Assembly (NCBI GenBank): GCA_050694175.1
Contig: JBOGXA010000002.1
Location: 82,796 to 146,795, forward strand
Length of the DNA: 64,000 nt
Reading direction: 5' to 3'
DNA from: Actinomycetota bacterium
GTDB taxonomy: Bacteria > Actinomycetota > CADDZG01 > WHSQ01
Numbering within the stretch: position 1 is the stretch's first letter; the number at the start of each line of letters is the position of its first letter. Under the pieces are notes generated by a model. That model had not been told where the DNA came from. It made no database searches and saw only the letters and a list, made by a program, of their open reading frames with translations. The translations under genes were made by a program, and so were the position numbers. Shown here piece by piece: positions 37,424-46,595 of the stretch.

Positions 37424-37851
37424 TGGGGAGACGCCGCACGGCCGAGCGCGCCGCGGATGCGATCCGCCACCGACTCCATCTCGCGCTCCCCGGAATACTT
37501 CGATCGAGGCCAGAAGAACCCACGCAATCCGTCGCGGCGCCGCCGCGGGACAACGTGGACGTGCAGGTGCCGAACGCTCTGACTCACCTTGTTGTTCAAC
37601 GCGACAAACGTGCCCTGGGCCTCCATAGCGGCTTCGATTGCCCGCGCCAGCGTCTGCGCGGCGGAGAAATAGGGGCCCACGAGGGCGGAGGGGAGATCGG
37701 CCAGCGTCTCGTGATGGTCCCGGGGAATGAGCAAGCTGTGCCCGGGAAACAGCGGCCGGTGATCGAGGAACGCGAGCGAGACGTCGTCTTCGTAGACGAC
37801 GAACGCCTCCGACGCGCCCGATGCGATGTCACAGAAGGAGCACACAGCCAC
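37420..37851 (-). CDS. HIT-family hydrolase
   Basis: CSFCDIASG...FPGHSLLIPRDH...HLHVHVVPR (HxHxHxx). The track ORF extends to 38244 but overlaps a better plus-strand gene, so the start was placed at GTG 37851 or 37845. Confidence 0.82.
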   Translation of the reverse strand: MAVCSFCDIASGASEAFVVYEDDVSLAFLDHRPLFPGHSLLIPRDHHETLADLPSALVGPYFSAAQTLARAIEAAMEAQGTFVALNNKVSQSVRHLHVHVVPRRRRDGLRGFFWPRSKYSGEREMESVADRIRGALGRAASPQ

Positions 37852-37905
37852 GGAGCCTATTGCGGGTAGCCTCGGGTCACGGCAGGGACGAGAGAGGAGC
37901 AAACG

Positions 37906-38199
37906 ATGGATGACGCGACCGTTCGCCGTCATGCGGAGGCCCACGGTCAGGCAATGGCCGGCGGCGACCTCAACCGGGCGGCACAGGACCTTACCGAGGG
38001 AGCGCGCGCCGGGGCCGGGCCTGTCATGAAGGCCCTCCCACGTCCGATCACCGGAGCGGAGGTCCGCGACGTCGCCGCAGACGGAGACGAGTATGTGGTC
38101 CAGATCCTCTATTCGGGAGCCGACTCTGAGGCGAAGGTCGAGTCGCGATGGGCCGAGGTAGACGGCCAACCGATGATCGTCGGCTTCAACATCGTGTGA
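37906..38199 (+). CDS. Hypothetical protein (97 aa)
   Basis: ATG preceded by GAGAGGAGCAAACG. Globular-looking composition. No family recognised. Confidence 0.5.
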   Translation: MDDATVRRHAEAHGQAMAGGDLNRAAQDLTEGARAGAGPVMKALPRPITGAEVRDVAADGDEYVVQILYSGADSEAKVESRWAEVDGQPMIVGFNIV

Positions 38200-38215
38200 C
38201 GTTATCCTTCGCCCC

Positions 38216-38617
38216 GTGGAACTGTCGTCCTTCGTCGCCGACATCGACGGGCACCAGCGGAAAATCGTGTCGGGGTCGGTGCGCCCGGTCCGAGCCGAAC
38301 ATGGGGGGGCCGGGATCCCCCTTCAACGAGATAAGACCCTTCCGTTCGTTGTGACGCGCGCCTGGAACGCCCCCGCGGGAAGCTATGTGGAGGCCTGGTA
38401 CTTGATCGATCCCGATACGCGCGAGGTGCTGTTCGAGGGGCCCAGCCGACGAGCGTCCATTTGGGGTCTGCAGTCGTGGGAAGAGTTCACGGACACGGTG
38501 GATGAGGCGGTGCGACTCGGGCCCGGCCGCTACGAGATCGTCTTTGCCCTGTCGGGCCTGCTGGGGGGGCGGCTGGAGGTCGAGGCCGTCGAGGTCCCGG
38601 CCGCGGCATCCGCCTAG
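38216..38617 (+). CDS. Hypothetical protein (133 aa)
   Basis: GTG-initiated ORF 17 nt after the previous gene. Non-repetitive sequence. No family recognised. Confidence 0.45.
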   Translation: MELSSFVADIDGHQRKIVSGSVRPVRAEHGGAGIPLQRDKTLPFVVTRAWNAPAGSYVEAWYLIDPDTREVLFEGPSRRASIWGLQSWEEFTDTVDEAVRLGPGRYEIVFALSGLLGGRLEVEAVEVPAAASA

Positions 38618-38786
38618 CCGGATAATGCCGTCTTGACCCGGCGCTTTGGCGTCGGCCAGACTTGATGGGCCGGTTACTGAGGGTGGCCGGAGCTTCCCCT
38701 ACGGGTCGCCCGCAGGGGCCGGCCTCTGTCGTTCTCCGCAGCCCCAGTCGCCGCTCGCCGGCGTCATGCGGCTACGCTCAGAGGTC

Positions 38787-38986
38787 GTGAAGGTGACACT
38801 GCGCAACCCCGACCGCGTGGTCGAGGTGACCGGCCCGAAGGCCGTGCTCGACCTCCTCACAACCTCGAGATCGTGCCCGAATCCGTCCTCGTCATCCGGC
38901 AGTCGACGTTGCTGACGCGCGATGAGCGGATCGGACCCGACGACGACATCGAGGTCCGGCCTGTGCTCTCGGGAGGGGCATCGTGA
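38787..38986 (+). pseudogene. TtuB/ThiS-like ubiquitin-fold sulfur-carrier gene, interrupted by a 1-nt frameshift near 38858
   Basis: From GTG 38787 the frame reads VKVTLRNPDRVVEVTGPKAVLDLL and then nonsense. The -1 frame from 38858 reads HNLEIVPESVLVIRQSTLLTRDERIGPDDDIEVRPVLSGGAS*. Its stop overlaps the next gene's GTG (GTGA). The total is 200 nt, one short of 67 codons. Confidence 0.7.
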
Positions 38987-39978
38987 AGTGCAAGGTGTGC
39001 CGCGGTCACGCGGCCGTGGACGTTCGCCGCCACAACGCCGCCTTCTGTGCTGAGCACTTCGTAGAGCATGTTCGCAAACAGGTCGCCCGAACGATCAAGG
39101 AATTCCGAATGGTCGATGCTCGCGACCGGCTTCTCGTGGCCGTATCCGGCGGCAAGGACTCCTTGGCCCTGTGGGACATCCTGCTCGATCTCGGCTACGA
39201 CGCGATCGGCTTCTACCTGGACCTTGGAATCGGCGGGTACTCGACGCGATCCAGAGAGGCATGCGTAACCTTTGCAGAGCGTAGGGGCGCAAAGCTCGTC
39301 GTTCGGTCACTCGAGGGAGAGCACGGTTACACGGTTCCGGAGCTAGCCCACCTCACCGGACGCGTGCCCTGCTCCGGGTGCGGACTGAACAAGCGCTATG
39401 AGTTCAATCGCGCGGCCCTCGAGGAAGGATTCAACGTCCTCGTTACCGGCCACAACCTCGACGATGAAGTGGCCACGCTGTTCGGAAACATCTTGCATTG
39501 GAACCTCGACGTGCTGGCGCGTCAGGCACCCGTTCTCGAGGAACGCACTGCAGACGGCGATACCCAATCCGATCCGATCCTCGTCCGCAAGGTCAAACCG
39601 CTCGTTCGCGTCGCAGAGAGGGAAACCGCCGCGTACGCGGTGCTACGGCGAATCGACTACATCGTGGAAGAGTGTCCGATGGTCGAGGGGAACACGCAAC
39701 ATCGCTACAAGGAGGCCATCGCCCTGCTCGAAGAGGATTCGCCCGGCACCAAACAGCAGTTCTATTTCGGGTTCTTAAAGAACGGGACCGAGCGATTCGC
39801 CGCCCGCGACGGCGCGCTGATCGTCGCCTGCACCAGGTGTGGTGCCCCGACCGCGATCTGGGACGGTGATTCGGGAGCCGCGCTTTGTTCGTTCTGTAAG
39901 ACGAAAGCGCTCGCCCATCGTCGCAAGGACGCGGGAGCGCCACCCGCACGCGCCCGGAGATCGCGCCGCAGCCGATGA
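38983..39978 (+). CDS. TtuA-like PP-loop tRNA 2-thiolation ATPase (TtcA/TtuA/Ncs6 superfamily)
   Basis: N-terminal Zn finger C3-x2-C6...C22-x2-H25. PP-loop SGGKDS. Fe-S cluster Cys ligands PCSGCG and ECP. C-terminal Zn finger CTRCG...CSFC. Confidence 0.8.
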   Translation: MKCKVCRGHAAVDVRRHNAAFCAEHFVEHVRKQVARTIKEFRMVDARDRLLVAVSGGKDSLALWDILLDLGYDAIGFYLDLGIGGYSTRSREACVTFAERRGAKLVVRSLEGEHGYTVPELAHLTGRVPCSGCGLNKRYEFNRAALEEGFNVLVTGHNLDDEVATLFGNILHWNLDVLARQAPVLEERTADGDTQSDPILVRKVKPLVRVAERETAAYAVLRRIDYIVEECPMVEGNTQHRYKEAIALLEEDSPGTKQQFYFGFLKNGTERFAARDGALIVACTRCGAPTAIWDGDSGAALCSFCKTKALAHRRKDAGAPPARARRSRRSR

Positions 39979-40778
39979 CCCATACCGGCGCCGAATTCAG
40001 TCCGGGTGAACGCGCCCTCCTCGTCGATGGAAAGGGGCGTCGTTATCTCGTCATCTTGCAGAGCGGAGCACAGTTCCATTCTCATCTGGGGGGTGTGGAC
40101 CACGACGAGATCATCGGCGCCCGCGAAGGAACGTCTGTGAGAACGTCGGGCGGCACCCACCTTCTTGTCCTGAGGCCCACTCTCTCCGAGTACATCCTGA
40201 AGATGCGCCGGGGCGCGCAGGTCGTGTACCCGAAGGACATCGGCCTCATCCTCGTCTACGCCGACATCTTTCCGGGGGCAACCGTCGTGGAGGCCGGCAC
40301 CGGATCCGGCGCGCTGACCCTCGCCCTGGCCCGCGCGGTGGGGGAGTCGGGGCGGGTCATCTCCTATGAGACGCGTTCCGAGCACCTCGATCGGGCGCAG
40401 CAGAATCTGGCAGCCTGGTACGAGGGGTTCGGTAAGAAACCGGACAACGTGGAGCTGCGCCTTGCAGACGTGTTCGAGTCACCTCCGGACGTCCCCGTGG
40501 ACCGCATCGTGCTCGACCTCCCGGAGCCGTGGCGCGCAATCGGGACGACGACCGAAGCGCTCGTGCCCGGCGGCGTCCTGTGCTGTTACTTACCCACCGT
40601 CCCGCAGGTATCGCGCACCGTGGAAGCCATGCGAACCGGAGGATTCGGCCTCATAAGCACGCTGGAGGCCCTGGTCAGGACCTGGAATGTCGATGGCCCG
40701 AGCGTCAGGCCGGATCATCGCATGGTGGCTCACACGGGTTTTGTGATTGTGGCCAGAAGGCTCAACGCGGGCGAATAG
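39975..40778 (+). CDS. trmI: tRNA (adenine58-N1)-methyltransferase TrmI (GCD14 family)
   Basis: RGAQVVYPKDIGLI...VVEAGTGSGALTLALARAVG...VLDLPEPW. ATGA overlap with the upstream gene. It occupies the same position relative to mpa as Rv2118c does in M. tuberculosis. Confidence 0.9.
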   Translation: MTHTGAEFSPGERALLVDGKGRRYLVILQSGAQFHSHLGGVDHDEIIGAREGTSVRTSGGTHLLVLRPTLSEYILKMRRGAQVVYPKDIGLILVYADIFPGATVVEAGTGSGALTLALARAVGESGRVISYETRSEHLDRAQQNLAAWYEGFGKKPDNVELRLADVFESPPDVPVDRIVLDLPEPWRAIGTTTEALVPGGVLCCYLPTVPQVSRTVEAMRTGGFGLISTLEALVRTWNVDGPSVRPDHRMVAHTGFVIVARRLNAGE

Positions 40779-40837
40779 CGGCCGAAAGTAAGGTGGTGCC
40801 TAAATCCTCGGAGTAGGCTTTTAGCTCCGACTAGGAG

Positions 40838-42604
40838 GTGATGGCGGTCTCAGAACACGAGATGGAGGACCGGATCGCCCAGTACGACCGGGAGATCCAG
40901 GAACTCCGCGGCCAGGTAAAGCTGCTCGAGGAGGAGCTCGCCCTCACCCGCCGACGGCTCGAGGTCGCACCCCGTCAGATCGCAACCCTCGAGAAAAGGC
41001 TCGCAGAGACCGAGCTCGAGCTGCGCGGCTCTCAGGACAACAACACCCGTCTCGCGGAGACGCTGAAAGAGGCGCGCACGCAACTCATCGCGCTCAAGGA
41101 ACAGGTCGAGAAGCTCAGCCAGCCGCCGGCCAGCTACGGGGTGTTCCTCGAAGCCTTCGATGACGGCACTGCTGACGTCTTCACCAACGGCCGGAAGCTG
41201 CGCGTGCACGCGTCGCCCGAGGTCGATCTCTCGGAGTTGAGCCGCGGCCAGGAAGTGATGCTCAATGAAGCCCTCAACGTCATCGAGACTCGGAACTACG
41301 AGGTGCAGGGCGAGGTTGTCACCCTGAAGGAGGTCCTCCAGGAGGGAGTGCGCGTCCTGGTAATCGCTCGCGCCGACGAGGAGCGCGTCATCGAACTGGC
41401 GGAGCCTCTTCGCGGCGAGCGCCTTCGCCCCGGCGATAGCCTGCTCATCGAGCCCAAGTCGGGGCACGCCCTCGAGAAGCTGCCCAAACCAGAGGTCGAA
41501 GAACTCATCCTGGAGGAGGTTCCCGACATCTCCTACGAGGACATCGGGGGCCTCACCGATCAGATCGAGGAGATCCGCGACGCCATCGAGCTGCCGTTCC
41601 TGCACGCCGACCTCTTCAAGGAGCACCGGCTCGAGCCTCCGAAGGGAATCCTTCTCTACGGACCTCCGGGCTGCGGTAAGACGCTCGTCGCAAAGGCCGT
41701 GGCCAACTCGCTTGCCAAGAAGGTTGCCGAGAAGCTCGGGCGCGACGACCGGCGCTCGTACTTCCTGAACATAAAGGGACCCGAGCTCCTCAACAAGTAC
41801 GTCGGCGAGACCGAGCGTCAGATCCGTCAGATCTTCCAGCGAGCCAAGGAGAAGTCCGAGGAGGGCGTCCCCGTAATCGTCTTCTTCGACGAGATGGACT
41901 CCCTGTTCCGCACCCGCGGCTCCGGCATCTCGAGCGATATCGAGTCCACCATCGTGCCGCAGCTACTCGCCGAGATAGACGGCGTCGAGTCGCTGAAGAA
42001 CGTGATCGTGGTCGGCGCGTCCAACCGGGAGGACCTGATCGACCCGGCGATCCTGAGGCCCGGTCGCCTCGATGTGAAGATCAAGATCGAGCGACCGGAC
42101 GAGGGTGCCGCACAGGACATCTTCTCCAAGTACCTCACGCCTCAGATCCCGATCTCGCAGGGCGCCGTGGACAAGTACGGGTCGCGCGAGGGTGCCGTAG
42201 GGTCGATCATCAAGTCGACCGTCGAACACATGTACGCAGAGGAACCCAACAACCGGTTCCTGGAAGTCACCTACGCAAACGGAGAGAAGGAAGAGCTGTA
42301 CTTCAAGGATTTCGCATCGGGAGCGATGATCGAGAACATCGTTCGCCGGGCCAAGAAGTCGGCTATCAAGAGAGCGATCAGAGGCGAGCAGAAGGGGATC
42401 GTCGAGCAGGACCTCATCTCCGCCATCCTGCAGGAGTACAAAGAAAACGAGGACCTTCCGAATACGACCAACCCCGACGACTGGGCTCGTATCTCCGGCA
42501 AGAAGGGTGAGCGCATCGTGTACATCCGGACGCTCGTCGGGGACCACAAGGACGGAGAAGGCGCCCGGCAGGTCGAGGCCGTTCAAACCGGCCAGTACCT
42601 GTAA
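40838..42604 (+). CDS. mpa: Proteasome-associated AAA ATPase (Mpa/ARC)
   Basis: N-terminal coiled coil, an OB region, an AAA module [13 protein letters not shown] with DEMD, and the diagnostic C-terminal ...QTGQYL. Confidence 0.95.
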   Translation: MMAVSEHEMEDRIAQYDREIQELRGQVKLLEEELALTRRRLEVAPRQIATLEKRLAETELELRGSQDNNTRLAETLKEARTQLIALKEQVEKLSQPPASYGVFLEAFDDGTADVFTNGRKLRVHASPEVDLSELSRGQEVMLNEALNVIETRNYEVQGEVVTLKEVLQEGVRVLVIARADEERVIELAEPLRGERLRPGDSLLIEPKSGHALEKLPKPEVEELILEEVPDISYEDIGGLTDQIEEIRDAIELPFLHADLFKEHRLEPPKGILLYGPPGCGKTLVAKAVANSLAKKVAEKLGRDDRRSYFLNIKGPELLNKYVGETERQIRQIFQRAKEKSEEGVPVIVFFDEMDSLFRTRGSGISSDIESTIVPQLLAEIDGVESLKNVIVVGASNREDLIDPAILRPGRLDVKIKIERPDEGAAQDIFSKYLTPQIPISQGAVDKYGSREGAVGSIIKSTVEHMYAEEPNNRFLEVTYANGEKEELYFKDFASGAMIENIVRRAKKSAIKRAIRGEQKGIVEQDLISAILQEYKENEDLPNTTNPDDWARISGKKGERIVYIRTLVGDHKDGEGARQVEAVQTGQYL

Positions 42605-42637
42605 ACGTTTGAGCGTTCCCCGTCGTACATTCGCGGC

Positions 42638-44116
42638 ATGGCACTGCCCAAGATCTGCGGCATAGAGACCGAGTACGGGATCTCGGTCCGCGATCAGACC
42701 GAGTTCAACCCGGTCATGACCTCGTCGCTGCTTATCAACGCGTACGCGCAGCCGGCTTTCAAGCGGGTCAAATGGGACTACGAGGAAGAGAGCCCGTTGC
42801 GGGACGCCCGCGGCTTCGAACGGCCGGGGGCCGAGATGCCCGAGGACGACTCGGGACTCGTCAACGTGATCCTGCCCAACGCGGCGCGTTACTACGTGGA
42901 CCACGCCCATCCCGAGTACTCGACACCGGAATGCTCAAACCCACGCGACGCGGTGATCTGGGACAAGGCGGGAGAGCGAATCCTCGAGGCGTCCATTGAG
43001 GCGGCCCAGGCGATCTTGCCCGAGCACGACCCCGTATCGATCTTCAAGAACAACTCGGACGGCAAGGGGAACTCCTACGGATGCCACGAGAATTATCTCG
43101 TCACCCGCCGCACGCCCTTCCCTATGCTTGTGAAGCACCTCATTCCGTTCTTTGTCTCCCGTCAGGTCTTCACGGGGGCCGGCAAGGTAGGGGTTGAGAA
43201 CGGGGGAGACGAGATCGACTACCAGCTCTCGCAGCGAGCCGACTTCTTCGAGGTGGAGGTCGGGCTCGAGACGACGTTCAAGCGCCCCATAATCAACACC
43301 CGCGACGAGCCCCACGCCGACCCGGAGCGATACCGGCGACTGCACGTCATCGTCGGCGACGCCAACATGTCGGAGATCGCGACATATCTGAAGGTGGGGA
43401 CCACTTCGATCATCCTCAAGATGATCGAGGACGACTTCTTCATCGACGATTTCACGCTCGCCGAGCCGGTGCACGCTATCCGCAACGTCTCGCACGATCC
43501 GGGTTGCAAGGCGACGATCGCGCTTGCCGACGGACGGAGCCTGACCGCGGTTGATCTTCAGTGGGAGTATCTGCGACTCGCCAAGAAGTACGCGGAAGAA
43601 AACGAAGTCGACTCAATCACCGGCGACGTGCTCGACCGGTGGGAGCATGTGCTGGAGGGACTCGAGCGCGACCCGATGATGCTCGCCGGTCAGCTTGACT
43701 GGGTCGCGAAGCTCAAGCTGCTGGAGGCCTACCGGGCTCGCGACGGCCTCGACTGGGACCATCCGAAGCTCAAGCAGATCGACATCCAGTACCACAACGT
43801 GCGCCGCTCCAAGAGCCTCTACTGGAAACTCGTGCGCAGCGGGAAGTTCGAGCGACTCGTGAACGATGGCGAGATCGAGACCGCGATCGACCACCCGCCC
43901 GAGGACACCCGCGCCTATTTCCGCGGGGAGTGCCTGCGCCGGTTTTCGCCTGTGATCGTTGCCGCGTCGTGGGATGCCCTGATCTTCGACCTCGGCGATG
44001 AGCCGCTGCGCAAGGTGCCCACCCTGGAACCGACGCGGGGGACCAAGGACCGCGTGGACGACCTGTTCGCCGGCAGCCCCGACGCGACCACGCTGATCCG
44101 CAACCTCGGGGCCTGA
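42638..44116 (+). CDS. dop: Pup deamidase/depupylase Dop
   Basis: ICGIETEYGI N-terminus of the Dop/PafA fold. At 492 aa it is longer than the PafA paralogue. mpa-dop-pup gene order. Confidence 0.9.
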   Translation: MALPKICGIETEYGISVRDQTEFNPVMTSSLLINAYAQPAFKRVKWDYEEESPLRDARGFERPGAEMPEDDSGLVNVILPNAARYYVDHAHPEYSTPECSNPRDAVIWDKAGERILEASIEAAQAILPEHDPVSIFKNNSDGKGNSYGCHENYLVTRRTPFPMLVKHLIPFFVSRQVFTGAGKVGVENGGDEIDYQLSQRADFFEVEVGLETTFKRPIINTRDEPHADPERYRRLHVIVGDANMSEIATYLKVGTTSIILKMIEDDFFIDDFTLAEPVHAIRNVSHDPGCKATIALADGRSLTAVDLQWEYLRLAKKYAEENEVDSITGDVLDRWEHVLEGLERDPMMLAGQLDWVAKLKLLEAYRARDGLDWDHPKLKQIDIQYHNVRRSKSLYWKLVRSGKFERLVNDGEIETAIDHPPEDTRAYFRGECLRRFSPVIVAASWDALIFDLGDEPLRKVPTLEPTRGTKDRVDDLFAGSPDATTLIRNLGA

Positions 44117-44242
44117 GGGCCTGTGGGGCTCTCCTCACCCCTCAAGAGATAACGCTCATTACCCGACGCGTTCAGTGGGCCCCGTTCCGTCACAGGCCCC
44201 GGTTACGATTCCGGTGTGCCCGAAAGCGAGGTGACCAACTAG

Positions 44243-44422
44243 ATGGCAGATCAGACCCGCAAGCCCAAGCCGCGCGAGGACGAGCAGGTCGAGGAGGCCG
44301 AGGAGACGAAGGCCGAGGCCCAGACCGACGACGTCGACGACTTGCTGGACGAGATCGACGAGGTCCTCGAGGCAAATGCAGAGGAGTTCGTTCGATCTTA
44401 CGTCCAAAAAGGGGGTGAATAG
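44243..44422 (+). CDS. pup: Prokaryotic ubiquitin-like protein Pup (ends GGE)
   Basis: MADQTRKPKPREDEQVEEAEETKAEAQTDDVDDLLDEIDEVLEANAEEFVRSYVQKGGE*. It is 59 aa and is not in the ORF track. Confidence 0.93.
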   Translation: MADQTRKPKPREDEQVEEAEETKAEAQTDDVDDLLDEIDEVLEANAEEFVRSYVQKGGE

Positions 44423-44454
44423 GGTATTTGTCCGATTTAGGCAGTGTCGGCCAG

Positions 44455-44982
44455 ATGAGCCTCAAAGGAGTTGCACGGCCGACCGCGCGTTCGCGCCTGT
44501 GCACGCGATGCGGAATCATCAAGCCCCGGTCGGATTTCTACAAGGGTCGGCCCGACTGCAAGCGTTGCCACAATGAGCGTCAGCGAATCTTGCGAAGCGA
44601 TCCTGAACGCCGCGCGCAAGCCGTACGGCGCGTCCAGGCCTGGCGCGAGGCGAATCCCGAGCGCTACATGCAATACCAACGGATGTACAAAGAAAGGAAT
44701 CGCGAGCTCATACGGCGCGCTAATCGCCAACGTCATCTTGAGAAACACTACGGACTCTCCCTGCTCGAATATGAGTCCCTAGCCGCTCGCCAGAACGGCG
44801 TCTGCGCTATCTGCCGTCAACCGCAAGACGGTGGCCTGCACATCGATCACGATCACATTTCCGGTCGGGTGCGAGGGCTCTTATGCGGCCGGTGCAACAA
44901 GGCCCTCGGCTTGTTGGATGATGACCCCACGCGGTTCAGAGCCGCCGAGTTGTATCTTCTTGGCGCACCTACCACCAACTGA
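44455..44982 (+). CDS. Recombination endonuclease VII-family (HNH-type) protein
   Basis: CAICRQPQDGGLHIDHDHISGRVRGLLCGRCNKALGLLDDD is the Endonuclease_7 signature. There is an N-terminal Cys cluster, CTRCG...CKRCH. I prefer ATG 44455 over the track's TTG 44428. Confidence 0.82.
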   Translation: MSLKGVARPTARSRLCTRCGIIKPRSDFYKGRPDCKRCHNERQRILRSDPERRAQAVRRVQAWREANPERYMQYQRMYKERNRELIRRANRQRHLEKHYGLSLLEYESLAARQNGVCAICRQPQDGGLHIDHDHISGRVRGLLCGRCNKALGLLDDDPTRFRAAELYLLGAPTTN

Positions 44983-44994
44983 GGAACCTTCGCT

Positions 44995-45840
44995 ATGAAC
45001 GAACTACCGTTGAACGACTACTTGCGGATGCCGGTGCACGGTCCCGGCTCCTCGTTCTCCGACGTCCTCCGGGCCCAGAGCCCCGACCTCGTGCCCGGCC
45101 CCCAGCTCGACGCGCCGGTCACCGCCCCCGAGGGGACCACCGTCCTGGCCCTCCGCTACGCCGACGGAGTGGTGGTTGCCGGCGACCGCAGGGCCACCGA
45201 AGGTTTCCAGATCGCCCACCGCTCGATCGAGAAGGTCTTCGCCGCCGACGAGCACTCGGCCGTCGCCATCGCCGGCACCGCAGGGCCCGCGGTCGAGATG
45301 GTTCGCCTCTTCCAGACCGAGCTCGAGCACTACGAGAAGGTCGAGGGCGACCGGCTGAGCCTCGAGGGCAAGGCCAACAAGCTCGCCCAGATGATCCGGG
45401 CGAATCTGCCGGCCGCGATGCAGGGGCTGGTGGTCGTTCCGGTGTTCGCGGGATTCGATCAGGCCCGTAACCAGGGACGCATCTTCAAGTACGACGTGAC
45501 CGGAGGTCGTTACGAGGAGGACGACTACCACGCCACCGGCTCCGGCGGAAAGGATGCCCGCTCATCGCTCAAGAAGCGATACCGCGACGGATTGGGCCGC
45601 GACGAGGCCGTCAAGTTCGCCATCGAGGCCCTCTTCGACGCGGCCGACGAGGACGTGGGCACCGGCGGCCCCGACCTGATGCGGAACATCTATCCCAACG
45701 TCGTGGCGATAACGACCGACGGTATAACCGAGATTCCAGAGGATGATCTGCGGGCGATCTTCGAGCAGCTCATCACGGATCGGACCGAGCGCCCGCCGAC
45801 TCACCCCGTCGACGTGACCAGAGCGGAGGGGGACGAGTAG
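44995..45840 (+). CDS. prcB: Proteasome beta subunit
   Basis: A propeptide followed by [20 protein letters not shown], which supplies the catalytic Thr. Confidence 0.95.
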   Translation: MNELPLNDYLRMPVHGPGSSFSDVLRAQSPDLVPGPQLDAPVTAPEGTTVLALRYADGVVVAGDRRATEGFQIAHRSIEKVFAADEHSAVAIAGTAGPAVEMVRLFQTELEHYEKVEGDRLSLEGKANKLAQMIRANLPAAMQGLVVVPVFAGFDQARNQGRIFKYDVTGGRYEEDDYHATGSGGKDARSSLKKRYRDGLGRDEAVKFAIEALFDAADEDVGTGGPDLMRNIYPNVVAITTDGITEIPEDDLRAIFEQLITDRTERPPTHPVDVTRAEGDE

Positions 45841-46520
45841 TGCCGATCCCTTACTACGTCTCACCCGAGCAGCTGATGAAGGACAAGGGCGACTACGCGC
45901 GCAAGGGGATCGCGCGCGGCAAGTCCGTCCTGGCCCTCGAGTACCGCAACGGGATCCTCTTCGTCGCCGAGAACCCGTCGGCCACCCTGCACAAGATCTC
46001 CGAGATCTACGACCGCATCGCGTTTGCCGGCGTCGGAAAGTTCAACGAATTCGAACAGCTTCGGATCGGAGGAATCCGGCTTGTCGACGTCAAGGGTTAC
46101 TCGTACTCGCGCGAGGACGTCACGGCCATCAGTCTTGCCAATGCGTATTCGCAGACGCTGGGAAACATCTTCACTTCTGAGCTGAAGCCGTACGAGTGCG
46201 AGATCCTGGTTGCAGCCGTGGGGGAGGCCCCGGACAGCAACCAGCTCTTCCACATAACGTTCGACGGATCGGTGACCGACCGGCGTGGATGGGTCGTGAT
46301 GGGCGGGCAGGCGGACGCGCTCGGCACCTATCTGTCCGAGAACTTCTCGGGATCCGAGCTCGACGATGCCGCCGCGATCAAGCTCGGCCACGACGCTCTC
46401 GCGACCGTGGAGGCGCGCGACATGCCGCCCGAAAACATCGAGGTCGCGGTCCTCGATCGCACCCGCGGCCGGCGCAAGTTCCGGCGCCTCCCGGACACCG
46501 AGGTGGTCGGCGCGCTCTAA
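45840..46520 (+). CDS. prcA: Proteasome alpha subunit
   Basis: PYYVSPEQLMKDKGDYARKGIARGKSVLAL...IYDRIAFAGVG. The GTG shares one base with the prcB stop. Confidence 0.95.
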   Translation: MPIPYYVSPEQLMKDKGDYARKGIARGKSVLALEYRNGILFVAENPSATLHKISEIYDRIAFAGVGKFNEFEQLRIGGIRLVDVKGYSYSREDVTAISLANAYSQTLGNIFTSELKPYECEILVAAVGEAPDSNQLFHITFDGSVTDRRGWVVMGGQADALGTYLSENFSGSELDDAAAIKLGHDALATVEARDMPPENIEVAVLDRTRGRRKFRRLPDTEVVGAL

Positions 46521-46595
46521 GGCGGCTTGGGGCCCCGGCGGGGCTGGCGCCGCAACTTCCGAAACGCATGGCTAATACCCGTTTACGCTTGGCTC

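Noticed and set aside
38633-38662. Sigma-70-like promoter (TTGACC, 18 nt, CAGACT) upstream of the ttuB-like gene, and a similar TTGGGA, 16 nt, TAATGG at about 10964-10991 downstream of trmD.
   Set aside because: Matches this weak arise by chance, and actinobacterial promoters are poorly defined by -35 elements. They were not reported as features.
38850-38865. Programmed -1 ribosomal frameshifting as the explanation for the split ttuB-like gene.
   Set aside because: The site (C CTC CTC ACA) is not an X XXY YYZ slippery heptamer, and I see no obvious downstream stimulatory structure. An indel, whether real or an assembly error, is the simpler explanation. It stays in the findings because it is testable.
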